In this document: positions 20,265 through 28,706 of the stretch, one piece after another | Layout: the number at the start of each line of letters is the position of its first letter | Numbering within the stretch: position 1 is the first letter of the stretch | Source of the DNA: Candidatus Cloacimonadales bacterium | GTDB taxonomy: Bacteria > Cloacimonadota > Cloacimonadia > Cloacimonadales > JAFGVF01 | Direction: 5' to 3' | DNA length: 64,000 bases | NCBI GenBank assembly: GCA_963667035.1 | Contig: OY762964.1 | Location: 1,760,001-1,824,000 of the forward strand | The notes under the pieces: model-generated | What the model saw: only the letters and a program-made list of their open reading frames with translations | The model's database searches: none | What the model was told of the DNA's origin: nothing | Position numbers and translations under genes: made by a program

Positions 20265-21815
20265 CTACTTCATCAATAGCATCTTATTACTTCTCTGTTC
20301 ATTCTCCGTCTTTACAACGGAGAGATATACTCCGGTTGCAACAGTATTATTCTCATTATCAGTTCCATTCCAAACAATTGAATGCTCACCTTTTGCTTGG
20401 AATTCTGAGATAAGAGTATTAATCAATTGCCCTTTTAAATTATAAATGCTTATTTCTACTTCACCTGATTCAGGAATGTTGTACAAGATAGTTGTTTCAG
20501 GGTTAAAAGGGTTGGGGTAATTAGTCACAGTTATGGATTTATTAGGAACTAAATCTGTTTCAGATATAGGTGATGTAACTTCAAAATCAAAAAGTTTCAT
20601 TGCCATCCCTTGTGAAACAGCAATATGGTTATTAAACATAAACATTAGTGCTGAATTAAAAATGTTAAGTGAGCCTGAATCATAAGTATGGACATGGTTC
20701 ATATTTCTATCAAGAACATAAAAGCAATTGCCTAAATCCTGTGTGTCAACAAGGGTAATAAGATAATCATCTATGCATAGAATGTAATCACTGATGAAAG
20801 GGAGTGATTCTGAGCTCTGACTATAACTCCAATCTGCTCCATTATAGATGTATCTTGCTAAGTTAATAGTAGACCAATGTTCAGGTTCTTTGTAAAAAGC
20901 TACAAACTCAGTGTCAGATACTTTGCAAGGACTATTGAACAAGCACCAATAATCTAAAGTTGATATTACTAGCTCATCACTAGTAGCAAAAACGATTGAG
21001 ATTGGGTCACATGGGTCATACAAATCACCGACTTTTTGACTATACAAAGTCCCATTTGCTAAATCAAAGCGATGGTGCAAGCCAATAGAAGCAGCATTCC
21101 AATCAATATCAGGTGAATCTTGGGTATGTTCAGTAACAATGGTCATATCTTCGTCAAAAATTGTTAATCCCGTATCTACATAAGTTGTGTCTACTCCAAC
21201 ACCTTTTAAGTATAAATGTGCATTAAACTTGTACATTTCTGTGTATCTATTACGTCTTGTTAGATAGTTTACCTGTCCAGTATCAAAATCGTATATATAA
21301 AACTCTCTATACCAATCCAGAATGCTTGCAGCATCTCTATTGATATCCCATACAACAATCGTTGATTCATTCGGTGATACACTATAACTAATATTATCCC
21401 CAAAAGCCTGAATATCTATCGTTCCGGTAAGTTGATTAAAATTTTCCAATCTTAGTACATATTTATCATGGGATGATTCGTCTTGTAATACAGCATGAAC
21501 TGTATTACTATTAGATAACCGAATAATCCTGAAGTTAGAACTCCACTGACTTGTTACCGAGTAAGAAAAAATAGCTGTAACCGGTGAGAATTCAAACTGT
21601 GAGTTTAGTGAATAGTGATAAAATGTACAAACTCCATCTTCAATAATTCGGTTATAAAAATGAGCCGAACTATCAGTTTCACATTCGTAAATATAATCCA
21701 TATAGCCCATAGGGCTTTCAATTGAACCTATCTCAGTAAATGAATAATGAGGGACTTGAGCAAACAATGGAATCATTGCATATAACATAAAACAGAGTAC
21801 TAAAGCTTTTAACAT
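20265..21815 (-). CDS. Secreted protein with C-terminal T9SS type-A/FlgD-Ig domain
   Basis: ATG 21815 after GGAGG; signal peptide; NYPNPFNPETTI...WNGTD...SNKMLLMK. Confidence 0.85.
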   Translation of the reverse strand: MLKALVLCFMLYAMIPLFAQVPHYSFTEIGSIESPMGYMDYIYECETDSSAHFYNRIIEDGVCTFYHYSLNSQFEFSPVTAIFSYSVTSQWSSNFRIIRLSNSNTVHAVLQDESSHDKYVLRLENFNQLTGTIDIQAFGDNISYSVSPNESTIVVWDINRDAASILDWYREFYIYDFDTGQVNYLTRRNRYTEMYKFNAHLYLKGVGVDTTYVDTGLTIFDEDMTIVTEHTQDSPDIDWNAASIGLHHRFDLANGTLYSQKVGDLYDPCDPISIVFATSDELVISTLDYWCLFNSPCKVSDTEFVAFYKEPEHWSTINLARYIYNGADWSYSQSSESLPFISDYILCIDDYLITLVDTQDLGNCFYVLDRNMNHVHTYDSGSLNIFNSALMFMFNNHIAVSQGMAMKLFDFEVTSPISETDLVPNKSITVTNYPNPFNPETTILYNIPESGEVEISIYNLKGQLINTLISEFQAKGEHSIVWNGTDNENNTVATGVYLSVVKTENEQRSNKMLLMK

Positions 21816-22191
21816 ATAAACCTCCAAACAAAATAAATAACTACAATTTATTTGACGAATCATGAATTTATTTTTGTCAAGTTGTTGAGATGAAAATCTC
21901 AAAATGACTATTATTTCTACATAAAAAGTTAAATGTGGTGAATTCAATCTTAATAGATGAACCCGTTAGTGTTTTGAAAAGAAGAATCTTATTCTTTTAA
22001 ATACCTTCTACCGTATTACAAATTTCAATTACTAAATTATATGTAATTAATTTCAATGTCAATCTTTTATATTTCTTCTTATTTGTAGGTTAAATATTTA
22101 ATGATATTCTTGCTAATAACTGTTATTGTTTATCAATCTATCCAGACCTAATTGCCATGGGAATGTAATACTTTAAATATATTGCACTATG

Positions 22192-22335
22192 TCCTGGAGG
22201 GATAACCTCATACTAGACATGGGTTTTAACCCATGGTACCGGGTACGCAAGCTTCCAGCTCGCATTAGGAGATGCCGACAGGATGCCGGCGTACCAATCG
22301 TAGTGCGAGTACCCTCACTTGCACATAGCTCGAAT
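22192..22335. repeat. Cluster of REP-like hairpin modules (copy B)
   Basis: Near-identical to 20114-20256. Confidence 0.85.
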
Positions 22336-22342
22336 AGATATA

Positions 22343-24397
22343 CTACTTCATTAAAAGCATCTTATTACTTCTCTGTTCCCGCTCCGTTTTCACAACCGTG
22401 AAGTATACACCGGTTGCTACAGTCCTATTATGCTCATCGGTTCCATCCCATTTAAGAATATAGCCTCCTTGGGATTTGTAGCCTTTATAGAGTTGTTTTA
22501 CTCTTTGTCCTCTGATATTGAAGATACTAACCTCTACTTCTCCACTCTCAGGTATGGAATAACTAATAGTAGTTGAAGGATTAAAAGGATTGGGGAAGTT
22601 CGTAACTTTAATATTAGATACTTGAGGGGACACTTCATATTCATCCGTGTAGGTTGTATTTGGCATTAAATAGATATCAGCTTCATTCCAGGTATAAATT
22701 GAGCTAACACGTCTAGTTACATTTGTCGAGTCGTAGAATACTCTTTGTACAACAAAGTCATACATTCCGTGAACTAAGGGTAGTTCAAAATATCCGGTAC
22801 TATCACTGACAACAAACTGACTATAATCCTCGGCATTATGAATAAGTACATAAGGTACTATCTCTTCATTTCCAAGACACTTTCTTGTATAACCTCTGAT
22901 TCCTCCTAAAGCAGGTGCTCCATATTCATAAGGACCAATATCAGGTTGAGCAATTCCATCACCATCTCCATCCCAGAATCGTTCAGTAAATCCTCCTGCA
23001 TAGTTACACCAGTTTAAGGTATCTACCCAACATCCGGCATCTATTGCCGGTGAATCCGGTGCAGGCCTGAAATCTCTTCCTTCATAATCTACAAAGAGAT
23101 TTGCTATACTATCAGGATCTACATATATGTTACCACCAAGGTCAATCATATTATCACCGGTAATCGGAAAATCTACAATACAGTTTTTGAATGTTGCAGC
23201 ATAACTCTGATGTATAATATTGATAGGATTTAATGCCCCAACAATAATATTATTTGTATAATTTCCTAAATTTACAACACCGTATTCACAATCAACAGAC
23301 AAATTGTTTGAGCCCCATAAACTATTATATAAAGAAGCATAAATACCAATATAATCATAAGTAACATTGTTTGATAATTGTCCTGATGTAGATGCAAACA
23401 TTGTGCTATTGTTTGTATTATTAATAAAATCACTACCCATTCCTGTTCTTTCAGAAACATCTTCAAAATAATTGTCAATTACATGGACTTCTCCTCCATA
23501 TATTGAATCAAATCCACCAATAAACTTATTAGATCTTATATAGGCTTCATCAAAAATTCTAAGAGCTTGATGAGAATCAATAAACTCATTCTTATATACA
23601 AAATTGTAATTGTCATAAAGACGAAAATTATAGTTAGTTGCATCCGTAGAGTTAAATGTGTTGAATGCTACTATGTTGCTATGCAAAGTTGAGCGAAAAT
23701 GATTTAAAAATTCATTATTTGCTACTAATCCACCATATACCTTGTAGTTTTCCCAAAATATTAACATTGCTTCATTTGCATAAGGAATATCAGTATAAAT
23801 TACTTCGTCAGTTGATTCAAATTTATTGTCAGTTATTTCTATCTGTTTATCGTGACATACACTCCAGACTGCTCCCCAACAATTGTAAAAACTACAGTGG
23901 TTAACAATTAAATTTGAACCGTTCCCCTCAATTGCACCGCCTAAAGTATAGCCTATTCCCATACCGGTTCTGGAAGTATACTCAAATCTACAATATCTGA
24001 ACACTCCCATATTACTCTCATAATCTAAGTAAATGTTACCCCAAAAAGTCTTATAACTACCGTTCATTCTTGTGAACAAGATGGGATTTTCTTCTGTTCC
24101 CTCGGCAATTATATTACCGTGACACCATATAATTTTACCGTCATTATTACCTCCATTGTAATGATAACCGGAATTTAGTTCTTCAATATTTAAAATGCGT
24201 CTTGAATTAACATAAATCTCAGTACCGGGTAGGATAGTCAAAGTTGCACCCTCATTAATAATCAGATTATTAGTAATTTGAACCGGATTATCAGTTGGAC
24301 TCCAGATTGTATCCTGAGTCATTACTCCACCGATTTGTATTGATGATAAGCTGATTATTAATGAAAAGAGTATTAATGATAATGCCAATCTTTTCAT
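22343..24397 (-). CDS. Secreted parallel beta-helix protein with choice-of-anchor-Q-like segment and T9SS type-A/FlgD-Ig C-terminus
   Basis: True start ATG 24397 after GGAGG (MKRLALS signal peptide). LTILPGT, AEGTEENPILFT, SPAIDAG, PDIGPYEY, NFPNPFNP motifs. Confidence 0.85.
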   Translation of the reverse strand: MKRLALSLILFSLIISLSSIQIGGVMTQDTIWSPTDNPVQITNNLIINEGATLTILPGTEIYVNSRRILNIEELNSGYHYNGGNNDGKIIWCHGNIIAEGTEENPILFTRMNGSYKTFWGNIYLDYESNMGVFRYCRFEYTSRTGMGIGYTLGGAIEGNGSNLIVNHCSFYNCWGAVWSVCHDKQIEITDNKFESTDEVIYTDIPYANEAMLIFWENYKVYGGLVANNEFLNHFRSTLHSNIVAFNTFNSTDATNYNFRLYDNYNFVYKNEFIDSHQALRIFDEAYIRSNKFIGGFDSIYGGEVHVIDNYFEDVSERTGMGSDFINNTNNSTMFASTSGQLSNNVTYDYIGIYASLYNSLWGSNNLSVDCEYGVVNLGNYTNNIIVGALNPINIIHQSYAATFKNCIVDFPITGDNMIDLGGNIYVDPDSIANLFVDYEGRDFRPAPDSPAIDAGCWVDTLNWCNYAGGFTERFWDGDGDGIAQPDIGPYEYGAPALGGIRGYTRKCLGNEEIVPYVLIHNAEDYSQFVVSDSTGYFELPLVHGMYDFVVQRVFYDSTNVTRRVSSIYTWNEADIYLMPNTTYTDEYEVSPQVSNIKVTNFPNPFNPSTTISYSIPESGEVEVSIFNIRGQRVKQLYKGYKSQGGYILKWDGTDEHNRTVATGVYFTVVKTEREQRSNKMLLMK

Positions 24398-24466
24398 TGA
24401 ACCTCCAACATATAAGTAATTATCTCTTATTACAGGAGTTGACATATATTCAAAATTGTATAAGTC

Positions 24467-24919
24467 TCCATCGCTACATACAATCATTACATCCTCTACT
24501 CCACGCTTCCGTAAATCTCTAAAAATATGACTCCAAGTATTTGAACTTTCAACTTCATGTACCCATAATCCAAGAGATTCTTTCTTGCCTTCCATTGTTA
24601 GACCTATAATTGAGTATAAGGCTTTATTTACTATACTACCATAACTCGCTAAAACATGTAGCCAGTAAACACTACAAAGCAATATGTAGAGATCTTAGAA
24701 AGATATATCAAGCAGATACTGAAGACAAAAGGAGCTCTGCCAAATATAGAAGCATTAGAAAGACTGGCTTATCTAAGGACAAAAGACCTTATGGAGAATA
24801 GGTGGAATAGTGCATATCCGAACTGGTTAATCATAAGAAATGAATTAATGACTTGCTTTAAAAGGCTAGGAAAATATGAGTTAGTATAAATCAATTTACA
24901 CACTTTTTAGAATACTCTC
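24467..24919. mobile_element. Decayed IS256-family element (transposase fragments on both strands plus right end)
   Basis: Minus strand IVNKALY.IIG...EGKKE.LGLW...ES...W..IF.DLRKRGVEDV.IVCSDG. Plus strand NSLKHV..KHYKAI..DLRKIYQA and a C-terminal piece (ALPNIEALERLAYL...RW....PNW). End TTTACACACTTTTTAGAATACTCTC. Confidence 0.85.
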
Positions 24920-24937
24920 CATCTTTTTATATACTTT

Positions 24938-25055
24938 CCATGCACTTCGTACATGGCTACTCACATTTAATCCCTCTGGGATTAGCAAAATGAATCCCTA
25001 ATCAATTATATAGTAGCTGAATAACCTCCACCGGGTACGCGAGCTTCCAGCTCGC
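24938..25055. repeat. REP-like hairpin modules next to the CRISPR trailer
   Basis: CCATGCAC/GTACATGG plus ATCCC/GGGAT module on the minus strand; CCGGGTAC-GCGAGC/GCTCGC module at 25031-25055. Confidence 0.7.
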
Positions 25056-25063
25056 TTTTGCTT

Positions 25064-25249
25064 GTTTCAATCCTTGATTTAATGGATAGTTGGTAAATAA
25101 CTCCACAAGCAGACGGACTTGACGATTAGTAGATAAGTTTCAATCCTTGATTTAATGGATAGTAGGTAAATAACACATATTTTGGATTGGTGGACATTGG
25201 GACGATGCTGTGTTTCAATCCTTGATTTAATGGATAGTAGGTAAATAAC
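25064..25249 (-). CRISPR. Orphan mini CRISPR array: 3 repeats of 38 bp, 2 spacers (35 and 37 bp)
   Basis: Repeats at 25064-25101, 25137-25174 and 25212-25249; minus-strand consensus GTTATTTACCTACTATCCATTAAATCAAGGATTGAAAC. The 25064 copy has one mismatch (trailer). No cas genes in the window. Confidence 0.9.
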
Positions 25250-25490
25250 TCATATTCTCACGTATATATTTAAATATCAGATAATTACAAAAAAATCTCA
25301 GAACTGAATATCTGATAAAATCATATGTGTAGATGCATAAAATACATCGAAATTTGCTTCTCGGGAACACGTAAACACTCTATAATAAAGGGCAAAGAGC
25401 AGATTTCTATCAATTAAGCAATAATTTTGCCTCAGGAAAGATAAAATCAATTTAATATTTATTTCCTAATCAGTAATTGTCAATCAAAAT
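25250..25490 (-). promoter_or_regulatory. Putative CRISPR leader
   Basis: AT-rich non-coding stretch; IHF-consensus-like TATCAGATAATTA at 25275-25287; TTGACA on the minus strand at 25478-25483. Confidence 0.5.
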
Positions 25491-25574
25491 ATATTGTTAA
25501 AACATGCTCTTCCGAATTGTTCTGTCCTGAAATAGTTACTCTAATCTGAATTAATGGGAGGTACCTATTTAACC

Positions 25575-25967
25575 GATTAACTGCATTTTTATCAAGTATA
25601 TAACCCATAAAGACATCGGTCTCTATTGATGATATTATATCTTGTAGTTTACGTAGTATTTTTCTTGGTAAAACTTTGACCTCCCTAGGATGGATACTTT
25701 TAAGGGTGACTCGCTACCGGCAGGATGCCGGCGTGCCAATCGTAGTGCATTTATACCTCTAAGATCTTGCTATTCCCCTATTATCACCCACTATTATCAT
25801 CCTTCTACCATCCTTTAGGGCGACTTCTAAAGACATTGGAACCGAATTGGATCCACCAAGGAGCCTCCTTGGACCCTCCTTGGCGAAGGCCAAAGTTGTC
25901 CACATCGTGTGGATAACTTTCGCCATAGAATTTCTTTGGTTTTTAACAGTATTGCAGAAGGGGCGTA
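25575..25967. repeat. Bipartite dispersed repeat, copy 1 (140-bp block plus structured block)
   Basis: 25575-25714 matches 55113-55252; 25802-25967 matches 55279-55443. A REP module lies between the two blocks. Confidence 0.88.
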
Positions 25968-26003
25968 ACAGGTTCACGACCATGTGGGAGATAAAGATAG
26001 ATA

Positions 26004-26212
26004 TATCGTCCTGAATAAAGTAGACACATTGAGAAATGAGAAAAATTAAAGGTTTACAAAAAATGAAACAAAAAACAGTATTATGCTATAGTGAAGTATT
26101 TAAACGCAAAGTAGTTAAAGAAATTGAAGATGGAGTCCTAACTATCTCCCAAACAAGAGCTATTTACCGCATAGTAGGCTACTCTACTCTTCGACTCAGG
26201 ATTGAAGAGTAA
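26004..26212 (+). pseudogene. IS3-family remnant (left end plus degenerate OrfA HTH)
   Basis: TCGTCCTGAATAAAGTAGACA IR-like end; ATG 26063 gives MKQKTVLCYSEVFKRKVVKEIEDGVLTISQTRAIYRI, which then decays. Confidence 0.65.
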
Positions 26213-26339
26213 AAGATCGCATAGGAAGGACGGGGCAGCATGATCGGTCCGAACAAATGTTGAATAATACTATCTCTTTACGACTAAATGTTTGACATTA
26301 TATTCATTAAAAGATAATTTTGTCTAAACTGGAGGTGTT

Positions 26340-26630
26340 ATGGAAGAAAATAAGAATTTTGTGAATGAAGATCAACAAGTTATTCTCAATGAAGGTTATG
26401 CAAAAACTATAAGTGTAGGAGAGTGGATTTGGACTCTAATACTTATGGCAATACCACTAGCGAATATTATAGTGCTAATTGTGTGGTCATTTGATGAATC
26501 AACTAACAAAACAAAATCTAATTGGGCAAGAGCTCAACTTATATTGCTAGCCATAGGAGCAATCATTTATACAGCCTTTTGGGTACTGTTTGGGGCAGCA
26601 ATCTTCGATATATTGTCGACGTATAGTTAA
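26340..26630 (+). CDS. Small membrane protein
   Basis: SVGEWIWT..LMAIP..NIIVLIVWSF...K.NWARA conserved-looking motif; GGAGG RBS. Confidence 0.75.
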   Translation: MEENKNFVNEDQQVILNEGYAKTISVGEWIWTLILMAIPLANIIVLIVWSFDESTNKTKSNWARAQLILLAIGAIIYTAFWVLFGAAIFDILSTYS

Positions 26631-26640
26631 AACTTAAAAT

Positions 26641-26669
26641 AAAAAAGGGGATGCGAAAGCATCCCTTTT
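26641..26669. terminator. Bidirectional intrinsic terminator
   Basis: A-run, GGGATGC-GAAA-GCATCCC, T-run between convergent genes. Confidence 0.85.
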
Positions 26670-26687
26670 ATAATAGATACAAATCAA

Positions 26688-26960
26688 TTATTTAACAGCT
26701 TCTTTAAGCTTAGCACCTGCTTTAAATACCGGAACTTTCTTTGCAGGTATTTTAATTTTTTTCTTGGTTTGTGGATTAACACCTGTACGAGCAGGACGTT
26801 CTTTTACTGAGAAAGTACCGAATCCGATGAGAGTCACTTTGTCACCGGCTTCAAGAGTTGTTTGAATACCTTCTAAAACGGAATTCAAAGCTGTAGTTGC
26901 AACTTTTTTGGTTACGCCTGTATCTTCGGCGATTTTTTTAATCAATCCTTCTCTACTCAT
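26688..26960 (-). CDS. hup: DNA-binding protein HU
   Basis: VTLIGFGTFSVKERPARTGVNPQT...VPVFKAG. Confidence 0.96.
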   Translation of the reverse strand: MSREGLIKKIAEDTGVTKKVATTALNSVLEGIQTTLEAGDKVTLIGFGTFSVKERPARTGVNPQTKKKIKIPAKKVPVFKAGAKLKEAVK

Positions 26961-27277
26961 TTTTTCCTCCTTCGTTTATAAAGTCATAGCAGATAGGCTA
27001 ATAATAAAAAACAAGATAAATAATTATTTGTCAATACAAATCTGCGTAATTACCCATAAAATAAGCAGATATGATATTCCCAAGCAAGTAATACGGCTAT
27101 TTAATGTAAAGCTAAATCATTGATAATCAATTAAATGAGATAAATAGATTTGATAGTTTATATAAGTTAATTTTTTTTAAATTATTTTCTCACAGTAAGA
27201 TAAACTCGCACTATAAGTGCTGATTTAGTGATTGACTTTATTCTTTAATCTGAGTTTTTGGTTTGCAGGAGATTAAT

Positions 27278-27955
27278 ATGAAAGCTGTAATTTTTGATCT
27301 TGATGGAACTTTAGTTGACTCGATGGGAGTCTGGTTGAATGTTGATAAAGTTTTCTTGGGAAAGCGTGGAATAGAAGTCCCTAAAGATTTGTTTGATTCT
27401 GTACCTAACGGGAATAGTTATTCAGGATTAGCACAACACTTTAAAGACAGATTCAATCTTCCCGATACTATCGAGGAGATTATGCAGGAATGGACTGATA
27501 AGGTTTATGAGCTTTACGATACTGAAATAAAACTAAAACCGGGAGCAATGGAAGTACTTAGATTTCTTTCTTCGCTAAATATACCTATGGCTATCGGGAC
27601 AAGCAATTCAACTGAACTTGCAGAGCTCACATTGAAGCGAAACGGTATTCATAGCTTTTTTGAACACATTCAAACCGGTAGTAATGTTATTAAAGGAAAA
27701 CCTCATCCTGATATCTATCTTGAAGCAGCTAGAAGACTTGGAGTTAATCCCGAAGATATTGTTGTGGTTGAAGATACTATTGCCGGAGTACAAGCGGGAA
27801 ATAGTGCAGGGATGACAACTTACGGTATCTATGATAAATGGGCAGAACATGAGCATAGTATGATAAAAGAGGAAGCCGACATGTTTGTCCCAAATCATTT
27901 TGAGCTTTTAAGGCAGTTTCAATTAGTATTTATGAAAAACAATATAGAGGTTTAA
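27278..27955 (+). CDS. HAD family phosphatase (beta-PGM-like)
   Basis: IFDLDGTLVDS, KGKPHPDIY, VEDT..G. Confidence 0.9.
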   Translation: MKAVIFDLDGTLVDSMGVWLNVDKVFLGKRGIEVPKDLFDSVPNGNSYSGLAQHFKDRFNLPDTIEEIMQEWTDKVYELYDTEIKLKPGAMEVLRFLSSLNIPMAIGTSNSTELAELTLKRNGIHSFFEHIQTGSNVIKGKPHPDIYLEAARRLGVNPEDIVVVEDTIAGVQAGNSAGMTTYGIYDKWAEHEHSMIKEEADMFVPNHFELLRQFQLVFMKNNIEV

Positions 27956-28645
27956 ATGGAAAACAAGTTAATCATCGTTATCGGTGCTTATGGTAGCGGT
28001 AAAAGTGAATACTCCATTAATCTTGCAAAAGAACTTAATGAAAACAATGATAATGTTGTTCTTGCAGATATGGATGTTGTTAATCCTTATTTTCGAAGTA
28101 GAGACGTGAGAGAAGAGTTTGAGAAAGAAGGTATTGATGTAATTGCTCCGGATGGACAATTCAAGCATGCCGATTTGCCAATGATATCTCCCAGAATTAG
28201 AGGAGCTATTGTAAATACAGCGAAGAATGTGATTCTTGATGTAGGTGGCGATCCGATGGGTTGCAGAACTCTAGGTCGGTTTGTTAGCGATATTAAGAAT
28301 CGTGGATATGAACTTCACCTTGTAATAAACACAAACAGACCTTTCACCTCAAATAAAGATGAAATTCTCGGAATGATGGATATGCTGCAAAAAGCATCAG
28401 GATTGAGAGTAACCGAGTTAGTTTGTAATAGTAATATGATGCAGTTTACAGATGAGAAAGTAGTAAGTGAAGGAATTGAAATCATTCAGGAAGTTGCCGA
28501 TAAATTGGAGTTACCTTTTAAAAAGTATCTCGTATTAAAAGATTTCGATGAAAAGGTTGGAGATGGACTTAAAGGCAAAGAAAAGCACACTATGAAGTAC
28601 TATCTCAAGAAACCTTGGGATACTCTCATAATGAAAGGTATATAG
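27956..28645 (+). CDS. P-loop ATP-binding protein (MinD/CobQ-like)
   Basis: GAYGSGKSE, DMDVVNPYFRSR, DVGGD. Confidence 0.8.
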   Translation: MENKLIIVIGAYGSGKSEYSINLAKELNENNDNVVLADMDVVNPYFRSRDVREEFEKEGIDVIAPDGQFKHADLPMISPRIRGAIVNTAKNVILDVGGDPMGCRTLGRFVSDIKNRGYELHLVINTNRPFTSNKDEILGMMDMLQKASGLRVTELVCNSNMMQFTDEKVVSEGIEIIQEVADKLELPFKKYLVLKDFDEKVGDGLKGKEKHTMKYYLKKPWDTLIMKGI

Positions 28646-28658
28646 ATTTATAAAAACA

Positions 28659-28688
28659 AGAAGGGACTTGCGATTGCAAGTCCCTTCT
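28659..28688. terminator. Terminator hairpin between convergent genes
   Basis: AGAAGGGACTTGC-GATT-GCAAGTCCCTTCT. Confidence 0.8.
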
Positions 28689-28706
28689 CCTATTTACATA
28701 GAAATA

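Noticed and set aside
20225..22401. Short ORFs translated from REP clusters (20225-20413, 22189-22401; also 25759-25983 and 55531-55863)
   Set aside because: Their similarity to each other comes from the non-coding palindromic repeats, and they have no convincing RBS or protein features.
22343..24682. 779-aa transposase-adhesin fusion protein
   Set aside because: The N-terminal extension is IS256 debris; the real start with RBS and signal peptide is ATG 24397.
25102..25211. Self-targeting of the CRISPR spacers within the window
   Set aside because: No extended match found on either strand by manual inspection; needs BLAST to exclude.
25890..25925. DnaA boxes as oriC
   Set aside because: Only one inverted pair, inside a repeat that is duplicated at 55.37 kb; no box cluster and no dnaA or dnaN nearby.
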